Shown here piece by piece: positions 11,401-26,400 of a DNA stretch of 64,000 bases. The number at the start of each line of letters is the position of its first letter. The stretch's first letter is position 1. This DNA is from Chloropicon primus. Lineage: Eukaryota. The position numbers were made by a program, and so were the translations under genes. The stretch covers positions 1 through 64,000 of the forward strand of contig CP060761.1 of the NCBI GenBank assembly GCA_023205875.1, in the 5' to 3' direction. Under the pieces are notes generated by a model that was not told where the DNA came from, ran no database searches, and was given only the letters and a program-made list of their open reading frames with translations.

Positions 11401-14400
11401 CAAGCTCCCAAGCAGTCCACAGGCTGCGTGCAGCCCTCGGTGGTGCACTGCTTGTAGGCATTGGCGTATGGGCAACCCACACCGTTGTGCGCGACATCGG
11501 TAGTGATGGCGTAGACTCTGCACCTCCTGTTCTTGTGGTCTTGGACATCGTGGAAGCAGGCATCGTAAGCACCCCAGGCTCCAACGCAATCGACAGGCTG
11601 AGAGCACTGGTCCTTGGTGCACTCGACCTTCTTGTCCTCGTATGGGCACTCGGTTCCATGCAAGTGTGCTTCAGTGGAAATGCTGTAGGTTCTGCACTTC
11701 TGGTTGATGTGCTCTCCCGCAACGTACGCGCAGCTGTCCCAGGATCCCCACTCGCCTTCACAGTCGATAGGCTGGCCACAGCCCACGTTTGTGCACTGGG
11801 TAAGGCTATCCTCGTAAGGGCAGTCGTATCCATTGTTCAAGGCAATCTGGCTGATGCTGTAGACACGGCAGCGCTCGTTGGCATGATCGTCAGCAACGTA
11901 CTTGCACTCACTGTAGACTCCCCAGGCTCCGACGCAGTCCACAGGCTGGGCACACTCCTCGGTGGTGCACTGCTCAAGCTTGTCGGCGTATGGGCAAGCA
12001 TAGCCCTCTGACGCGGCAGGCACGGAGACCTTGTAAAGTCTGCACCTCTTGTTCTGGTGAGAGTCCTTGTCGTGGAAGCAAGTGCCGTACTCGTCCCAAG
12101 CTCCAACACAGTTGACTGGCTGCGTGCAACCCTCAAAAGTGCACTGAACATAGCTGTCAGTGTATGGGCAAGCATATCCACTGTGGGCAACAGCCCTCTC
12201 AACCTCGTAAGTCCTGCACTTCTTGTTCTTGTGGGCCTCCTTGTCGTAGACGCAAGCATCGTAATCGGTCCAGGCACCCAGGCAGTCCACTGGCTGGGCG
12301 CAGCCCTCGACAGTGCACTGCTCATACTTGTCGGTGTATGGGCAGCCCACGCCGTTGTGGGCAGCATTGGTAGCAACAACGTAGGTTCTGCACCTCCTGT
12401 TCTTGTGGTGCATGTCATCATAGAAGCAAGTTCCGTAAGAGCCCCAGTCTCCGACGCAATCAACAGGCTGAGAGCAGCTGTTGGTCGTGCACTCGACCTT
12501 CTCGTCCTCGAATGGGCACTGGTTTCCGCCCAAGTCGGCCTTGGTGATGACCTTGTAGGTTCTGCACCTCTCGTTCTTGTGCTCCTTTGCAACGTACTCG
12601 CAACTGGTGTACAAGCTCCACTCGCCCTCGCAGTTCACAGGCTGGCCGCAGCCGCTCTTGGTGCACTGCACAGCAGCCTCAACGTGTGGGCAAGAGTAGC
12701 CACCGTTAGCAGCAGGCTGAGAAATGACGTACTCGCGGCAACGCTCGTTCTCGTGATCACCCTCGTCGTACTCGCACTTGGAGTAGTCAGACCATCCTCC
12801 AACGCAGTCCACTGGCTGGGCGCAGCCCTCGCTGGTGCACTGCTTCAGTGTGTTGGTGTATGGGCAAGCGTATCCACTGTGTGCCGCAGGAACAGTGACC
12901 TTGTACAACCTGCACCTCTTGTTCTTGTGGTTCTCGGTGTCGTAGTTGCACTCGGCATACTCCTCCCAGGCTCCGACGCAGTCAACAGGCTGCGTGCAAA
13001 GCTCGGTGCTGCACTGGATGTAGCTGTCGGCGTATGGGCAAGTGTAACCGTTGTGGGCAACGGCTCTGCTCACGACGTAAGTCCTGCACTTCTTGTTCTT
13101 GTGAGACTCCTCGTCATGGACACAGGCATCATACTCAGTCCAAGCTCCCAGGCAGTCCACTGGCTGGGCGCAGCCCTCGGTGGTGCACTGCTCGAACTCG
13201 TTCGCGTATGGACAGGCGTAACCAGAGAAGTCGTCGAAGGTGCTGATGTTGTAGCTTCTGCACCTCCTGTTCTTGTGGTCACTGTTGTCATGGAAGCAGG
13301 CGCCATAGGAGTTCCATGCACCGACGCAGTCCACAGGTTGCTGGCACTTGTCCTGAACGCACTCCACGAGGTCGTGCTCATGAGGGCACTTCTTACCACT
13401 GAGATCAGACTCCGTGGTGACCTTGTACTGCCTGCACTGCTCATTCTCGTGGGTGTCTGGGTTATGCATACAAGGGCTGTAAAGACCCCACTCTCCCTCG
13501 CAGTCCACGGGCTGGCCGCAACCGCCCTTGGTGCAATGCCTCTCTTGGTCCTTGTGGAGGCATTGCATGCCGTTGTACTCGGCGACTCTCGTCACGTTGT
13601 ACATGCGGCACCTCTCATTCTCGTGATCCAAGCTCTCGTAATTGCAAGCGCCATATTCAGTCCAGCTACCCAAGCAGTCAACAGGCTGCGAGCACTCTGA
13701 CATGGTGCACTCGGTGATGTTGTGTGGGTGCAAGCACTTGTGTCCATTGTTCGCCTCTGGCGTAGACACCTTGAAGACGCGGCATCTGTCATTTGCATGA
13801 AGGTCCTCAACGTACTTGCATTGAGAGTACTCGTCCCAGGCTCCGACGCAGTCCACTGGCTGATCGCACATGTCGGTGCTGCACTGGACGTAGCTGTCGG
13901 CGTATGGGCAAGTGTAACCGTTGTGAGAAGAGGCTCTGCTCACGACGTAAGTCCTGCACTTCTTGTTCTTGTGAGCATCCACGTCATGGGTGCATTCCGT
14001 GTACTCACTCCAAGCTCCAACGCAGTCCACAGGCTGCGTGCAGCCCTCGGTGGTGCACTGCTTGTAGGTGTTGGTGTATGGGCAACCCACACCGTTGTGC
14101 GCGACGTTGGTGGTGATGGCATAAGTCCTGCACCTCCTGTTCTTGTGGTCGTTCGTGTCGTGGAAGCAGGCTCCGTAGGAGTTCCAGTCTCCAACACAGT
14201 CAACAGGCTGAGAGCAGCTGTTGGTCGTGCACTCGACCTTCTGGTCCGCGATTGGGCAGGCCTTACCGTTCAAGTTTGCGGTGACAGCAACCTTGTAGGT
14301 TCTGCACCTCTCGTTCTTGTGGCCGTGCGCAACATGGTTGCAAGAGCTGAACAGGGTCCAATCACCCTCGCAGTCCACAGGCTGGCCGCAACCGCTCTTG

Positions 14401-17400
14401 GTGCAGTGCTTGAGCTTGTTCTCGTGTGGGCAAGCGTAACCGTTGTTAGCAGCAGGCGTGGTCACAGCGTAGACACGGCAGCGCTGGTTCATGTGTTCAG
14501 CCTCCTCGTAGCTGCACTCGCCATACTCTTCCCAAGATCCGACGCAGTCGACAGGCTGAGCGCATCCGTCGTTGGTGCACTCCTCAAGCTCGTTCGTGTA
14601 TGGGCAAGCATGGCCGTTGTGGCCAGACGCAACAGTAACCTTGTAAGTTCTGCACCTCTTGTTCTTGTGGTTCTCCTTCTCGTAGTAGCACTCGGCATAC
14701 TCGTCCCAGGCTCCGACGCAGTCCACAGGCTGGTTGCACATGTTGGTGCTGCACTGGATGTAGCTGTCGGCGTATGGGCAAGTGTAACCGTTGTTGGCAG
14801 ATTCCCTCTCAACAACATAAGTCCTGCACTTCTCATTCTTGTGCTCATCCTTCTTGAAGATGCAAGAAGAGAACTCAGTGAATTCTCCGACACAATCGAC
14901 CGGCTGCAAGCAGAGGGCCTTGGAGCACTGGACTGTCGCATTCGCGAATGGACAGCTGAATCCTCCGTTCTCACCAACAGTGGTAACAGTGTAGGTTCTG
15001 CAGTTGGTGTTGCTGTGGACAGCCTCATCATAGGTGCATCCCTCGTACTCGCTCCAAGCTCCAACGCAGTCCACTGGCTGGGCGCAGCCCTCAGTGGAGC
15101 ACTCCTCGAAAGCATTCTTGTATGGGCATCCGAAACCGTTGTGCGCGGCGTTGGTGGTGATGTCGTAAGTCCTGCACCTCCTGTTCTTGTGGTCCTTAGG
15201 ATCGAGGTAGCAAGCACCCCAAGAGCTGAACCCTCCAATGCAGTCCACTGGCTGGGAGCAAGTCTTCGCGTTGCACTCAATCTTGTTGTGCTCAAACGGA
15301 CACTGCTTGCCGTTAAAGAAGGCCGTGGTGGTAACCTTGTAAGTTCTGCACTTCTCGTTCTTGTGGTCAGCAGCAACGTGGTTGCAAGCGCTGTACACGC
15401 TCCACTCGCCCTCGCAGTCCACAGGCTGGCTGCAGCCGCTCTTGGTGCACTGCTTGAGCTTGTCTTCGTGTGGGCAAGCAAAACCGTTGTTCGAGCCGGG
15501 CTGAGACACCTCGTAGACACGGCACCTCTCGTTCTCGTGACCCTCTTCCAAGTAATCACAAGAACTGTACTCAGTCCAGGCACCGACGCAGTCCACAGGC
15601 TGGGCGCACTCCTCGGTGGTGCACTGCTTGAAGTCATTGGCATACAGGCAAGCAAACCCGTTGTTCTCGGGCTCCACCGTGACCTTGTACAACCTGCACC
15701 TCTTGTTCTTGTGAAGCTCGCTCTCGTGGTAGCACTCAGAGTAGTCATCCCAGGCTCCGACGCAGTCCACTGGCTGAGTGCACAAGTTGGTGCTGCACTG
15801 GATGTAGCTGTCGGCGTATGGGCAAGTGTAACCGTTGTGGGCAACAGCTCTGCTCACGACGTAAGTCCTGCACTTCTTGTTCTTGTGGTCCTTCTCGTCG
15901 TGGATGCAAGCACCGTACTCCTCCCAAGCTCCCAAGCAGTCCACTGGCTGGGCGCAGCCCTCGGTGGTGCACTGCTTGTAGGCGTTGGCGTACGCACATC
16001 CGAAACCGTTGTGGGCCACGTTGGTGGTGATGGCGTAGACTCTGCACCTCCTGTTCTTATGGTCTTGGACATCGTGGAAGCAGGCATCGTAAGCACCCCA
16101 GGCTCCAACGCAATCGACAGGCTGAGAGCACTCCTCGGTGGTGCACTCAACGAGGCCATCGTCATGAGGACAAGTTTTTCCGTTATGAACGCTTGAGGTA
16201 GTGACCTTGTAGGTCCTGCAGCGGTCGTTCTTGTGGCTCGCTTCAACGTGCTTGCAGGCACCATAAACGCTCCACTCGCCCTCGCAGTCCACAGGCTGGT
16301 CGCAACCCCTCTCGCCCTGTCCGGCCTGGAAGCACTGCTGCAGGTCATCTTCGTAAGGGCAAGCATGACCGTTGTCCAACGCAGGCTGGGAGACGCTGTA
16401 GGTACGACAGTTGTAGTTATAGTGGCCAGCAGCATCATACTTGCAGTCGCTGTAGCCACTCCAGTCACCGACGCAGTTCACAGGCTGGTCACAGAACTCA
16501 GTCGTGCATTGGGTATACTTGTCCGTATGTGGACAGGCATGACCGCTGTTCTTCAAAGTCCTGGTAACGACGTACTGCGTGCAGTTACGGTTCTCGTGGT
16601 TCACAGCGTCGTAGGTGCATCTTCCCTCATCAAGCTTCTGCCAGACACCCTCGCAGTCAATTGGCTGCTCGCAGGTCTGCTTGGTGCACTGGTAGTAGTT
16701 GTCAGCATACGCGCATTCAAAGCCGTTGTTGGCAGCCTTCCTGTCCACGCTGAACCTCCTGCACTTCTGGTTAGAGTGGGTCTCTCCGTTGTAAACACAC
16801 TCGGAGTAGTCAAGCCACTCTCCAATGCAGTCCACTGGCTGGGCGCAGCCATCGGTGGTGCACTGCTCATACTCGTTGGTGTAAGGACATCCGAAACCGT
16901 TGTGAGCCACGCTGGTGGTGATCTTGTAGGTTCTGCACCTCCTGTTCTTGTGGTCCGACTTGTCATGGAAGCAAGTTCCGTAAGAGCCCCAGTCTCCAAC
17001 ACAGTCAACAGGCTGAGAGCAGCTGTTGGTCGTGCACTCAACCTTCTGGTCCTCGAATGGGCACTGGCTGCCGCTATAGTCGGCAACAGTGGTGACCTTG
17101 TAAGTCCTGCACCTCTCGTTGACGTGTCCGTCCTCCTTGTGGAAACAGCTTCCGTACAAGCTCCACTCGCCCTCGCAGTCCACAGGCTGGCCGCAGCCGC
17201 TCTTGGTGCAAGTCCTGAGCTTGTCCTCGTGTGGGCAAGCATAACCGTTGTTGGCGGCAGCCTGGCTCACACTGTACACACGGCAGCGCTCGTTCTCGTG
17301 GTCAGCCTCCTCGTAGTGGCAGGCGTCATAGGCTCCCCAAGATCCGACGCAGTCGACAGGCTGAGCGCATCCGTCGTTGGTGCACTGCTCAAGCTCGTTT

Positions 17401-20400
17401 GTGTATGGGCAAGCATTACCGTTGTGGGCAGACTCGACAGAGACCTTGTAAGTTCTGCACTTCTTGTTCTTGTGCAGCTCCTCATCATGAGAGCACTCAG
17501 AGTAGTCATCCCAGGCTCCGACGCAGTCCACTGGCTGAGTGCACAAGTTGGTGCTGCACTGGATGTAGCTGTCGGCGTATGGGCAAGTGTAACCGTTGTG
17601 AGAAGAGGCTCTCTCGACGACGTAAGTCCTGCACTTCTTGTTCTTGTGCGATTCCTTGTCGTGGATACAAGCACCGTACTCCTCCCAAGCTCCCAAGCAG
17701 TCCACTGGCTGGGCGCAGCCCTCGGTGGTGCACTGCTTGTAGGCGTTGGCGTATGGGCATCCGAAACCGTTGTGGGCCACGTTGGTGGTGATGGCATAGA
17801 CTCTGCACCTCCTGTTCTTGTGGTCACTGGTGTCATGGAAGCAGGTGCTGTAGGCACCCCAGTCCCCAACGCAATCGACAGGCTGAGAGCACAAATCGGT
17901 GCTGCACTCGACCTTCTTGTCCTCGAATGGGCACTTGTTGCCACCAAAGGCATCAGGGACAGAGACCTTGTAGGTTCTGCACTTCTCGTTCTTGTGCTCA
18001 GCATCAACATGGTTGCAAGCGCTCCAGAGCTCCCAGGCACCCTCGCAATCCACAGGCTGGCCGCAGCCGCTCGTGGTGCAGTGGGTCAAACCATCTTCGT
18101 TAGGACAAGTGTAACCGTTGTTAGCAGCAGCTTGGCTGACGCTGTACATGCGGCACCTCTTGTTCTCGTGGTTATCCTTGTTGTAGTGGCAGGCATCGTA
18201 GTTGCCCCAAGATCCGACGCAGTCGACAGGCTGGGCACACTCCTCGGTGGTGCACTGCTCGAGCTTGTCGGTGTATGCGCAAGCATAACCGTTGTTGGCA
18301 GAGGCAACAGAGATCTTGTACAACCTGCACCTCTTGTTCTTGTGAGCGTCCTTGTCGTGAGAGCACTCGGCATACTCGTCCCAAGCTCCGACGCAGTCCA
18401 CAGGATGGGCGCACTCTTCAGTCGTGCATTGAACGTACTTGTCCGCGTAAGCGCAAGAGTAGCCATCATAGGCAGATGGTCTGTCGACGTTATAGGTGCG
18501 GCACCTCTTGTTCTTGTGCGTCTTCTCATCGTGTGCGCAAGCCCCGTACTCGTCCCAAGCTCCCAAGCAGTCCACAGGCTGCTCGCAGCCCTCAACGGTG
18601 CACTGCTTGTAGGTGTTGACGTATGGACATCCGAAACCGTTGTGTGCGGCGTTGGTGCTCACAATGTAAGTCCTGCACCTCAAGTTCTTGTGCTTGTTGC
18701 TGTCATGGAAGCATACGCCGTAGGCACCCCAGTCTCCGGCGCAATCAACAGGCTGAGAGCAGCTGTTGGTCGTGCACTCGACCTTCTTGTCCTCGAATGG
18801 GCACTGGACACCGTTCAAGTCAGCCTTGGTGGTGACCTTGTAAGTCCTGCACCTCTCGTTCTTGTGACCATCCTTAAAGTGCTGGCAGCTTCCATAAGGA
18901 TCCCAAGCACCCTCGCAGTCCACAGGCTGGCCGCAGCCGCTCTTGGTGCAAGTCCTGAGCTTGTCCTCGTGTGGGCAAGCATAACCGTTGTTGGCGGCAG
19001 CCTGGCTCACACTGTACACACGGCAGCGCTCGTTCTCGTGGTCAGCCTCCTCGTAGTGGCAGGCGTCATAGGCTCCCCAAGATCCGACGCAGTCGACAGG
19101 CTGGGCACAACCGTCGTTGGTGCACTGCTCAAGCTCATTCGTGTATGGGCAAGCATGGCCGTTGTGGGCAGACTCGACAGAGACCTTGTAAGTCCTGCAC
19201 TTCTTGTTCTTGTGCAGCTCCTCATCATGAGAGCACTCAGAGTAGTCATCCCAGGCTCCGACGCAGTCCACTGGCTGAGTGCACAAGTTGGTGCTGCACT
19301 GGATGTAGCTGTCGGCGTATGGGCAAGTGTAACCGTTGTGAGAAGAGGCTCTCTCGACGACGTAAGTCCTGCACTTCTTGTTCTTGTGCGATTCCTTGTC
19401 GTGGATACAAGCACCGTACTCCTCCCAAGCTCCCAAGCAGTCCACTGGCTGGGCGCAGCCCTCGGTGGTGCACTGCTTGAAGGCGTTGGCGTATGGGCAT
19501 CCGAAACCGTTGTGGGCCACGTTGGTGGTGATGGCATAGACTCTGCACCTCCTGTTCTTGTGGTCCTTGTCGTCATGGAAGCAGGTGCTGTAGGCACCCC
19601 AGGCCCCAACGCAATCGACAGGCTGAGAGCACTGGTCCTTGGTGCACTCGACCTTCTTGTCCTCGAATGGGCAGACCTTACCGTTCAAGTCAGCCTTGGT
19701 GGTGACCTCGTAGGTTCTGCACTTCTCGTTCTTGTGGCCGTCCGCAACATGGTTGCAAGCGCTGTACTGGCTCCACTCACCCTCGCAATCCACAGGCTGG
19801 CCGCAGCCGCTCGTGGTGCAGTGGGTCAAACCATCTTCGTTAGGACAAGTGTAACCGTTGTTAGCAGCAGCTTGGCTGACGCTGTACATGCGGCACCTCT
19901 TGTTCTCGTGGTTATCCTTGTTGTAGTGGCAGGCATCGTAGTTGCCCCAAGATCCGACGCAGTCGACAGGCTGGGCACACTCCTCAGTGGTGCACTGCTC
20001 GAGCTTGTCGGTGTATGCGCAAGCATAACCGTTGTTGGCAGAGGCAACAGAGATCTTGTACAACCTGCACCTCTTGTTCTTGTGAGCGTCCTTGTCGTGA
20101 GAGCACTCGGCATACTCGTCCCAAGCTCCGACGCAGTCCACTGGCTGAGCACAGCCACTCACGGTGCACTGAACATAGCTGTCAGAGTACGCGCAAGCGT
20201 ATCCGTTATGAGACGACACTCTTGTCACAGCGTAAGTCCTGCACTTCTTGTTCTTGTGGGTCTTGTCATCATGCATGCAAGCATCGTACTCGCCAAAGGC
20301 ACCCAAGCAGTCCACAGGCTGGGCGCAGCCCTCGGTGGTGCACTGCTTGTAGGCGTTCAAGTAAGCACATCCGAAACCGTTGTGCGCGGCGTTGGTGGTG

Positions 20401-23400
20401 ATGGCATAAGTCCTGCACCTCCTGTTCTTGTGGTCGTTCGTGTCGTGGAAGCAGGCTCCGTAGGAGTTCCAGTCTCCAACACAGTCAACAGGCTGAGAGC
20501 AGCTGTTGGTCGTGCACTCGACCTTCTGGTCCGCGATTGGGCACTGGACACCGTTCAAGTCAGCCTTGGTGGTGACCTTGTAAGTCCTGCACCTCTCGTT
20601 CTTGTGACCATCCTTAACGTGCTGGCAGCTTCCGTAGGAAGTCCACTCGCCCTCGCAGTCCACAGGCTGGCCGCAGCCGCTCTTAGTGCAGTGCTTGAGC
20701 TTGTCCTCGTGTGGGCAAGCATAACCGTTGTTCTCTGAAGCTCTTGTAACGACATATGTTCTGCACCTTTCGTTCTCATGATCGGCATCAATGTACATGC
20801 AAGTTCCATACTCGCTCCAAGATCCGACGCAGTCGACAGGCTGAGCGCATCCGTCGTTGGTGCACTGCTCAAGCTCGTTTGTGTATGGGCAAGCATTACC
20901 GTTGTGGGCAGACTCGACAGAGACCTTGTAAGTTCTGCACTTCTTGTTCTTGTGCAGCTCCTCATCATGAGAGCACTCAGAGTAGTCATCCCAGGCTCCG
21001 ACGCAGTCCACTGGCTGAGTGCACAAGTTGGTGCTGCACTGGATGTAGCTGTCGGCGTATGGGCAAGTGTAACCGTTGTGAGAAGAGGCTCTCTCGACGA
21101 CGTAAGTCCTGCACTTCTTGTTCTTGTGCGATTCCTTGTCGTGGATACAAGCACCGTACTCCTCCCAAGCTCCCAAGCAGTCCACTGGCTGGGCGCAGCC
21201 CTCGGTGGTGCACTGCTTGAAGGCGTTGGCGTATGGGCATCCGAAACCGTTGTGGGCCACGTTGGTGGTGATGGCATAGACTCTGCACCTCCTGTTCTTG
21301 TGGTCCTTGTCGTCATGGAAGCAGGTGCTGTAGGCACCCCAGGCCCCAACGCAATCGACAGGCTGAGAGCACTGCTCCTTGGTGCACTCGACCTTCTTGT
21401 CCTCGAATGGGCAGACCTTGCCATTGTCAGAGACAGGGACAAAGACCTTGTAGGTTCTGCACTTCTCGTTCTTGTGGCCGTCCGCAACATGGTTGCAAGC
21501 GCTGTACTGGCTCCACTCACCCTCGCAATCCACAGGCTGGCCGCAGCCGCTCGTGGTGCAGTGGGTCAAACCATCTTCGTTAGGACAAGTGTAACCGTTG
21601 TTAGCAGCAGCTTGGCTGACGCTGTACATGCGGCACCTCTTGTTCTCGTGGTTATCCTTGTTGTAGTGGCAGGCATCGTAGTTGCCCCAAGATCCGACGC
21701 AGTCGACAGGCTGGGAGCACTCCTCAGTGGTGCACTGCTCGAGCTTGTCGGTGTATGCGCAAGCATAACCGTTGTTGGCAGAGGCAACAGAGATCTTGTA
21801 CAACCTGCACCTCTTGTTCTTGTGAGCGTCCTTGTCGTGATCACAAGAGCTGTAAGAGTCCCAAGCTCCGACGCAGTCAACAGGCTGGGAGCAGCCGCTC
21901 TTGGTGCACTGCTCAAGCTTGTCTTTGAAAGGACAAGAAATTCCGTTGTGGGCGGACTGCACACTAATCTTGTAAGTCCTGCACTTCTGGTTCTTGTGTC
22001 CCTCGTCATCATGAGAGCACTGAGAGTAGTCATCCCAGGCTCCGACGCAGTCCACTGGCTGAGTGCACATGTCGGTGCTGCACTGGATGTAGCTGTCGGC
22101 GTATGGGCAAGCGTAACCGTTGTGGGCAACAGCTCTGCTCACGACGTAAGTCCTGCACTTCTTGTTCTTGTGCGATTCCTTGTCGTGCACACAAGCTCCG
22201 TACTCCTGCCAAGCTCCCAAGCAGTCCACTGGCTGGGCGCAGCCCTCGGTGGTGCACTGCTCGTAGGCGTTGGCGTACGCACATCCGAAACCGTTGTGGG
22301 CCACGTTGGTGGTGATGGCATAGACTCTGCAGCGCTCGTTCTTGTGGCTGCTCGCAACGTGCTTGCAGGCACTGTAAGCACCCCAGGCTCCAACGCAATC
22401 GACAGGCTGAGAGCACAAATCGGTGCTGCACTCGACCTTCTTGTCCTCGAATGGGCAGACCTTGCCGTTGAAGGCATCAGATACAGAGACCTTGTAGGTT
22501 CTGCACTTCTCGTTCTTGTGGCCGTCCGCAACATGGTTGCAAGCGCTGTACTGGCTCCACTCACCAAGACAATCGATAGGCTGACTGCAGCCATTCTTAG
22601 TGCAGTGGGTCAAACCATCCTCGTTAGGACAAGTGTAACCGTTGTTAGCAGCAGCTTGGCTGACGCTGTACATGCGGCACCTTTCGTTCTTGTGCCCATC
22701 AGCAACGTACTTGCAGTCAGCGTAATTGCCCCAGGCTCCAACGCAGTCCACAGGCTGAACACATTGCTCAGTGGTGCACTGCTCGAGCTTGTCGGTGTAT
22801 GCGCAAGCATAACCGTTGTTGGCAGAGGCAACAGAGATCTTGTACAACCTGCACCTCTTGTTCTTGTGAGCGTCCTTGTCGTGATCACAAGAGCTGTAAG
22901 AGTCCCAAGCTCCCACGCAGTCCACTGGCTGAGCACAGCCACTCACGGTGCACTGAACGTACTCGTTCGCGTACGCGCAAGCGTATCCGTTATGAGACGA
23001 CACTCTTGTCACAGCGTAAGTCCTGCACTTCTTGTTCTTGTGGGTCTTGTCATCATGCATGCAAGCATCGTACTCGCCAAAGGCACCCAAGCAGTCCACT
23101 GGCTGGGCGCAGCCCTCGGTGGTGCACTGCTTGTAAGTGTTGACATATGGGCAACCCACACCGTTGTGCGCGGCGTTGGTGGTGATGGCATAAGTCCTGC
23201 ACCTCCTGTTCTTGTGGTCGTTCGTGTCGTGGAAGCAGGCTCCGTAGGAGTTCCAGTCTCCAACACAGTCAACAGGCTGAGAGCAGCTGTTGGTCGTGCA
23301 CTCGACCTTCTGATCCGCGATTGGGCACTGGACACCGTTCAAGTCAGCCTTGGTGGTGACCTTGTAAGTCCTGCACCTCTCGTTCTTGTGACCATCCTTA

Positions 23401-26400
23401 ACGTGCTGGCAGCTTCCGTAGGAAGTCCACTCGCCCTCGCAGTCCACAGGCTGGCCGCAGCCGCTCTTGGTGCAAGTCCTGAGCTTGTCCTCGTGTGGGC
23501 AAGCATAACCGTTGTTGGCGGCAGCCTGGCTCACACTGTACACACGGCAGCGCTCGTTCTCGTGGTCAGCCTCCTCGTAGTGGCAGGCGTCATAGGCTCC
23601 CCAAGATCCGACGCAGTCGACAGGCTGAGCGCATCCGTCGTTGGTGCACTGCTCAAGCTTGTTAGCATATGGGCAAGCATTACCGTTGTGGGCAGAGACG
23701 ACAGAGACCTTGTAAGTTCTGCACTTCTTGTTCTTGTGAGCGTCCTTGTCATGCTTACACGCGTCATAGTGCTCCCAGGCTCCGACGCAGTCCACTGGCT
23801 GAGTGCACAAGTTGGTGCTGCACTGGATGTAGCTGTCGGCGTATGGGCAAGTGTAACCGTTGTGAGAAGAGGCTCTCTCGACGACGTAAGTCCTGCACTT
23901 CTTGTTCTTGTGCGATTCCTTGTCGTGCACACAAGCTCCGTACTCCTGCCAAGCTCCCAAGCAGTCCACTGGCTGGGCGCAGCCCTCGGTGGTGCACTGC
24001 TCGTAGGCGTTGGCGTACGCACATCCGAAACCGTTGTGGGCCACGTTGGTGGTGATGGCATAGACTCTGCAGCGCTCGTTCTTGTGGCTGCTCGCAACGT
24101 GCTTGCAGGCGCCATAAGCACCCCAGGCTCCAGCGCAATCGACAGGCTGAGAGCACTGGTCCTTGGTGCACTCGACCTTCTTGTCCTCGTATGGGCACTT
24201 GTTGCCACCAAAGGCATCGGAGACGGAGACCTTGTAGGTTCTGCATCTCTCGTTCTTGTGGCCGTGAGTAACATGCTTGCAATTATCATAAGCGCTCCAC
24301 TCGCCCTCGCAGTCCACTGGCTGGGAGCAAAGGTTTTGAGTGCATTGCTGCAACCCATCCTTGTGTGGGCAGACATAGCCATTGTTCAGCTCGAGCTGAG
24401 TAATGCTGTAAAGACGGCACCTTTCGTTCTTGTGCCCATCAGCAACGTACTTGCAGTCAGCGTAATTGCCCCAGGCTCCAACGCAGTCCACAGGCTGAAC
24501 ACATTGCTCAGTGGTGCACTGCTCGAGCTTGTCGGTGTATGCGCAAGCATAACCGTTGTTGGCAGAGGCAACAGAGATCTTGTACAACCTGCACCTCTTG
24601 TTCTTGTGAGCGTCCTTGTCGTGATCACAAGAGCTGTAAGAGTCCCAAGCTCCCACGCAGTCCACTGGCTGAGCACAGCCACTCACGGTGCACTGAACGT
24701 ACTCGTTCGCGTACGCGCAAGCGTATCCGTTATGAGACGACACTCTTGTCACAGCGTAAGTCCTGCACTTCTTGTTCTTGTGGGTCTTGTCATCATGCAT
24801 GCAAGCATCGTACTCGCCAAAGGCACCCAAGCAGTCCACAGGCTGGGTGCAGCCCTCGGTGGTGCACTGCTTGTAGGTGTTGACATATGGGCAACCCACA
24901 CCGTTGTGCGCGGCGTTGGTGGTGATGGCATAAGTCCTGCACCTCCTGTTCTTGTGGTCGTTCGTGTCGTGGAAGCAGGCTCCGTAGGAGTTCCAGTCTC
25001 CAACACAGTCAACAGGCTGAGAGCAGCTGTTGGTCGTGCACTCGACCTTCTGATCCGCGATTGGGCACTGGACACCGTTCAAGTCAGCCTTGGTGGTGAC
25101 CTTGTAAGTCCTGCACCTCTCGTTCTTGTGACCATCCTTAACGTGCTGGCAGCTTCCGTAGGAAGTCCACTCGCCCTCGCAGTCCACAGGCTGGCCGCAG
25201 CCGCTCTTGGTGCAAGTCCTGAGCTTGTCCTCGTGTGGGCAAGCATAACCGTTGTTGGCGGCAGCCTGGCTCACACTGTACACACGGCAGCGCTCGTTCT
25301 CGTGGTCAGCCTCCTCGTAGTGGCAGGCGTCATAGGCTCCCCAAGATCCGACGCAGTCGACAGGCTGAGCGCATCCGTCGTTGGTGCACTGCTCAAGCTC
25401 GTTTGTGTATGGGCAAGCATTACCGTTGTGGGCAGAGACGACAGAGACCTTGTAAGTTCTGCACTTCTTGTTCTTGTGAACATTCTCATCATGAGAGCAC
25501 TCAGAGTAGTCATCCCAGGCTCCGACGCAGTCCACTGGCTGAGAGCACATGTTGGTGCTGCACTGCTCAAACTTGTCCTCATATGGACAAGCGTAACCGT
25601 CGTTCAGCGGGGTCACTGTGATTTTGTAGAACCTGCACCTCTTGTTCTTGTGCGAATCCTTGTCATAGAAGCACGAGTAGTAATCCCCAAAGGTACCAAC
25701 GCAGTCAACAGGCTGGGCACAATGCTCAGTGGTGCACTGCACATAGCTGTCAGCGTATGGGCAAGCGTATCCGTTGTGAGAAGAGGCTCTCTCGACGACG
25801 TAAGTCCTGCACTTCTTGTTCTTGTGGACATCGTCGTCGTGTTTGCAAGCACCGTAATCACCAAACGCACCCAAGCAGTCCACTGGCTGGGCACAGCCCT
25901 CAGTGGTGCACTGCTTGTACTCGTTAGCATACGCGCAGCCGTAACCGTTGTGTGCCACGCTGGTGGTGATCTTGTAGTTCCTGCACCTCCTGTTCTTGTG
26001 GTCCTTGTCGTCATGGAAGCAGGCGCCGTAGGCACCCCAGTCCCCAACGCAATCGACAGGTTGAGTGCACGAATCGGTGCTGCACTCGACCTTCTTGTCC
26101 TCGAATGGGCACTTCTTGCCGTTCAAGTCCTCTTTTGTGGTGACCTTGTAGGTTCTGCACTTCTCGTTCTTGTGGCCGTGCGCAACGTGCTTGCAAGAGC
26201 CATAAGCTCCCCACTGGCCTTCACAATCGACAGGCTGGCCGCAGCCGTTCTTGGTGCACTGGTTCATCTTGTCCTGGTGTGGGCAAGCATAACCGTTGTT
26301 CAACGCAGGCTGGGTGATGCCGTAGAGACGGCAACGCTGGTTCGAGTGATCACTCTCCACGTAGGAACAAGTCCCGAAAGCTCCAAATGAGCCGACACAG